DNA of 52,976 nucleotides, counting the filler, from Limisphaerales bacterium (GTDB taxonomy: Bacteria > Verrucomicrobiota > Verrucomicrobiia > Limisphaerales > SIBE01), in the NCBI GenBank assembly GCA_044225505.1. It is 4 parts of 4 records of this genome, joined end to end, with 100 filler letters (N's around TTAATTAATTAA, not from the genome) between each part and the next. Parts side by side here need not be neighbours in the genome. Positions count along the whole stretch, not along the records: positions 39,908 to 52,976 come from JBGAIN010000206.1; 3 more parts are not named here. One strand, written 5' to 3'. Both the position numbers and the translations under genes were made by a program. Shown piece by piece: positions 50,992-52,976 of this stretch (its first letter is position 1; each line of letters opens with the position of its first letter). Below the pieces are notes generated by a model. The model was given only the letters and a program-made list of their open reading frames with translations, ran no database searches and was not told the DNA's origin.

Positions 50992-51220
50992 AGATGAACC
51001 TTAGTCCTTGCGCGTCAGCGTCTGGAGTGCGCCAGCCTCGGCGTTCGTCCAGACAAGCCGAAACCCCCGATCGCCTGCTGACCGCAACCGCTTTCCGCCT
51101 TCCCTGAATCGTAATCGTAATCGTAATCCTAGTCCTCTCCACCTTCGTCCGCCGCCCATTTTTCCTCCACTGGCGAACCATCACATCCAGCCACGACCGG
51201 CGATCGAGGGTTTACGGGAT
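50992..51220 (+). repeat. Non-coding repeat copy B
   Basis: Diverged copy of 49681-49950; GGCGAAC-N5-CATCCAGC at 51172-91. Confidence 0.75.
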
Positions 51221-51230
51221 CGTTTCCCCC

Positions 51231-51747
51231 GTGCTGGCGATGGTTGAATCGCTGGGAGTGGGTTACCAGCCTTATGTGGAAACGGGCTTGGCGAGCACGG
51301 ACGAGGAGTTCCGGACCTTGTATCAGCAAGCGCGGTTGAGCTTGGGAAACGACGAGTTTAGGGAGAAGATGAGCCGGGCGCATGAAAGGGTCGCCCAGAG
51401 GGCACGGCGGCGCGAAGACGTGGCGTTTCGGCGGAAGGGTGACTATCGGTCGGTGACTCAAACGCTGGCGGCAGTGGCCGAAGTGTTCCAAGTGCCCGAA
51501 TCGGGCTTGTGTGAGAGAAGGCGGAATGCAGCGGTGCGCGGAGCGGCGGCTTGGTGTTAGTGCGGCACGCGGGATTAACGGAACGGGCCGGCCGCCGGTG
51601 AAATCCTGGGAACGGGGAGTGGCGCGGCCGTGAGTCAGCAGTTGGGGAAGTGGCGTCGGAACGTGTCGGCAGAAGCGCGCTATCAAGCAATTGATACAGA
51701 GCTGGACCGGAAACTTGCGACCGTTAACTTTTAAAAGGGCTGACCCC
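51231..51747 (+). pseudogene. C-terminal relic of a RAYT-like (Y1) transposase with HTH tail
   Basis: Y..YVETG..LGNDEF..LAAVAEVF..RGAAAW / LVRHAGLT / EILGTGSGAAVSQQ read across two frameshifts; followed by TGACCCC. Confidence 0.6.
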
Positions 51748-51840
51748 CAGTGCTCCGCTGATAACGTTTTTTCTTGTTGACCAGGGCCCTTCCCCTCGGA
51801 CGGATCAAGCCAGATTGTTTGCTCGCGTTTTAGGGTTGTC

Positions 51841-51869
51841 GGCGGCTGTCGGTCAGCTCATCGTTAGCC
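51841..51869 (+). mobile_element. attC-like right half (L'/R')
   Basis: GGCGGCTGTCGGTCAGCTCATC-GTTAGCC (GTTRRRY-like core) 18 nt before the ATG at 51888; no matching left half seen. Confidence 0.55.
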
Positions 51870-51887
51870 CACCGGCCTATTGAGAAT

Positions 51888-52490
51888 ATGTGGAACGACA
51901 TTGAGAGCCTCCAACGTTTCGCCAAGCTTGTGCCGTATCTCTTCATATTCGTCGGTTTCATCGTCGCATTGTCCGGGCAATTTGCGAAAACCAAAATCGA
52001 GGATCGCGTTAGGTCGCTGCATAGGGCCGCAGAAACACGCCGCGCCGAAGAGCGTAAGCGCCTGGACCAAGAACTCCATGACGGTGCCGCCGCAGCGCTA
52101 CGGGCTACGGCTGCCATCGAAGCGAAGACGCTACAGCGCACCTTGAACACCGATCAACGCAGTCGCCTTATCAAAGCGCTTGCATCGGTGCCGAAGGCTG
52201 ATATCGAATTCGAATGCCCAGCGGACGACCACGAGGCCGTTGTTTTTGCTAATGAAGTGCTCGAGTTCTTTCGAAGCCTCGGTTGGAATGTTACTAATTT
52301 CGCCCGGGCCCAGTACCCGGACGGGTCGAATCCAAAAGGAATTGAGATTGGGATTCGTTCGACAGAACGGGAGGTGATCGGGAAAGAGGTGGCCTTTGTG
52401 TTCCAAGAGCTCGGATTTGCTCCACGCGTCAGTTGCGGGGGCGAAACAGAAAAACACCCGCTTACCTTTTTGATCGGATCGAAGCAGTGA
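51888..52490 (+). CDS. Hypothetical membrane-anchored protein
   Basis: N-terminal TM helix, coiled-coil, then an alpha/beta domain (QRTL..QR..LI..L..D.EA..FA..GWNV). Confidence 0.8.
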   Translation: MWNDIESLQRFAKLVPYLFIFVGFIVALSGQFAKTKIEDRVRSLHRAAETRRAEERKRLDQELHDGAAAALRATAAIEAKTLQRTLNTDQRSRLIKALASVPKADIEFECPADDHEAVVFANEVLEFFRSLGWNVTNFARAQYPDGSNPKGIEIGIRSTEREVIGKEVAFVFQELGFAPRVSCGGETEKHPLTFLIGSKQ

Positions 52491-52976
52491 CGACGATGTT
52501 TACAAATCGCGGTCTAGCGGCATTCCCCCTTGCATTATCGATGGTTGCGCGGTCTATAACCCACCTGACTGCATCGGAAATGTCCAATGCGTCTCTCAGG
52601 GGGACGTTGATTGCCGTCGCGCCTTCTCGCGATGGGATAGTAATGGCTGCTGATAGTCGTTCCACCGTAGGCAGCCAGTATTGTGACGGCACCTACAAAC
52701 TCGTTGAAGTGCCGAATCCTAACGCCACGGCTATCGCAGTACCTGGAATTGGGATCGTGTTCGAACGGCCACCCGCGGGAACCACCGATCTGTGCGCCTG
52801 GATCAAAACGGCACCGCGTGTGATGGATATCGAGAAGTTCACATCTGACTACCTGCAAGCGCATCCGGACGACATCTCAGAGAACGGTTTGCTGCGACTC
52901 GGTAATGCGTCTTTGGACCAGGTCAGGTTGCTGGTGAAATGGAGTCCAGACGCTCCGAAAGTATACGCCGGAAACA
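52487..52976 (+). CDS. Proteasome beta-subunit-like Ntn hydrolase with N-terminal leader (runs off window)
   Basis: Absent from the ORF track; reads MFTNRGLAAFPLALSMVARS...SLRG|TLIAVAPSRDGIVMAADSRST...YK with Thr1 at 52604, Asp17 and Lys32; GTGA overlap with the upstream stop. Confidence 0.75.
   Translation, partial: MTTMFTNRGLAAFPLALSMVARSITHLTASEMSNASLRGTLIAVAPSRDGIVMAADSRSTVGSQYCDGTYKLVEVPNPNATAIAVPGIGIVFERPPAGTTDLCAWIKTAPRVMDIEKFTSDYLQAHPDDISENGLLRLGNASLDQVRLLVKWSPDAPKVYAGN

Noticed and set aside
51172..51869. Copy B left half and the 51841-69 right half as a single attC split by the transposase
   Set aside because: The L boxes are not complementary (CATCCAGC versus GGTCAGC), so they probably come from different sites.

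Overview
The window is not one continuous locus. It is four unrelated ~13 kb assembly contigs joined by artificial 100-bp linkers (44 N + TTAATTAATTAA + 44 N at 13198-13297, 26576-26675 and 39808-39907). Gene content suggests a Verrucomicrobia-like (PVC) genome or MAG; this is inference. Contig 1: hrpB C-terminus, a serine hydrolase, mpg, BON and EcsC proteins, glpFK and a 1692-aa lamin-tail/CotH kinase. Contig 2: a secreted glycan-related operon, an HDOD response regulator, a stand-alone cheX/response regulator/fliG (frameshifted)/fliM module closed by a 280-bp TA-flanked MITE, and a planctomycete cytochrome c/DUF1549/DUF1553 gene. Contig 3: rtcR followed by gene relics and an intact vapBC, a GH5, and an ECF sigma/Ser-Thr kinase/large secreted protein module whose kinase carries an in-frame GTAG palindromic insertion. 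Contig 4: glycan-processing enzymes and an IPT/TIG surface protein, then a mobile zone. That zone has two diverged ~250-bp repeats ending in attC-like half sites, a RAYT-like transposase relic, another attC-like half site and a coupled gene pair. The second gene of the pair is missing from the ORF track and encodes an apparently exported proteasome-beta-like Ntn hydrolase (Gly|Thr1, Asp17, Lys32); it is the best candidate for an undescribed system. All calls come from motif recognition by eye; no database searches were run.
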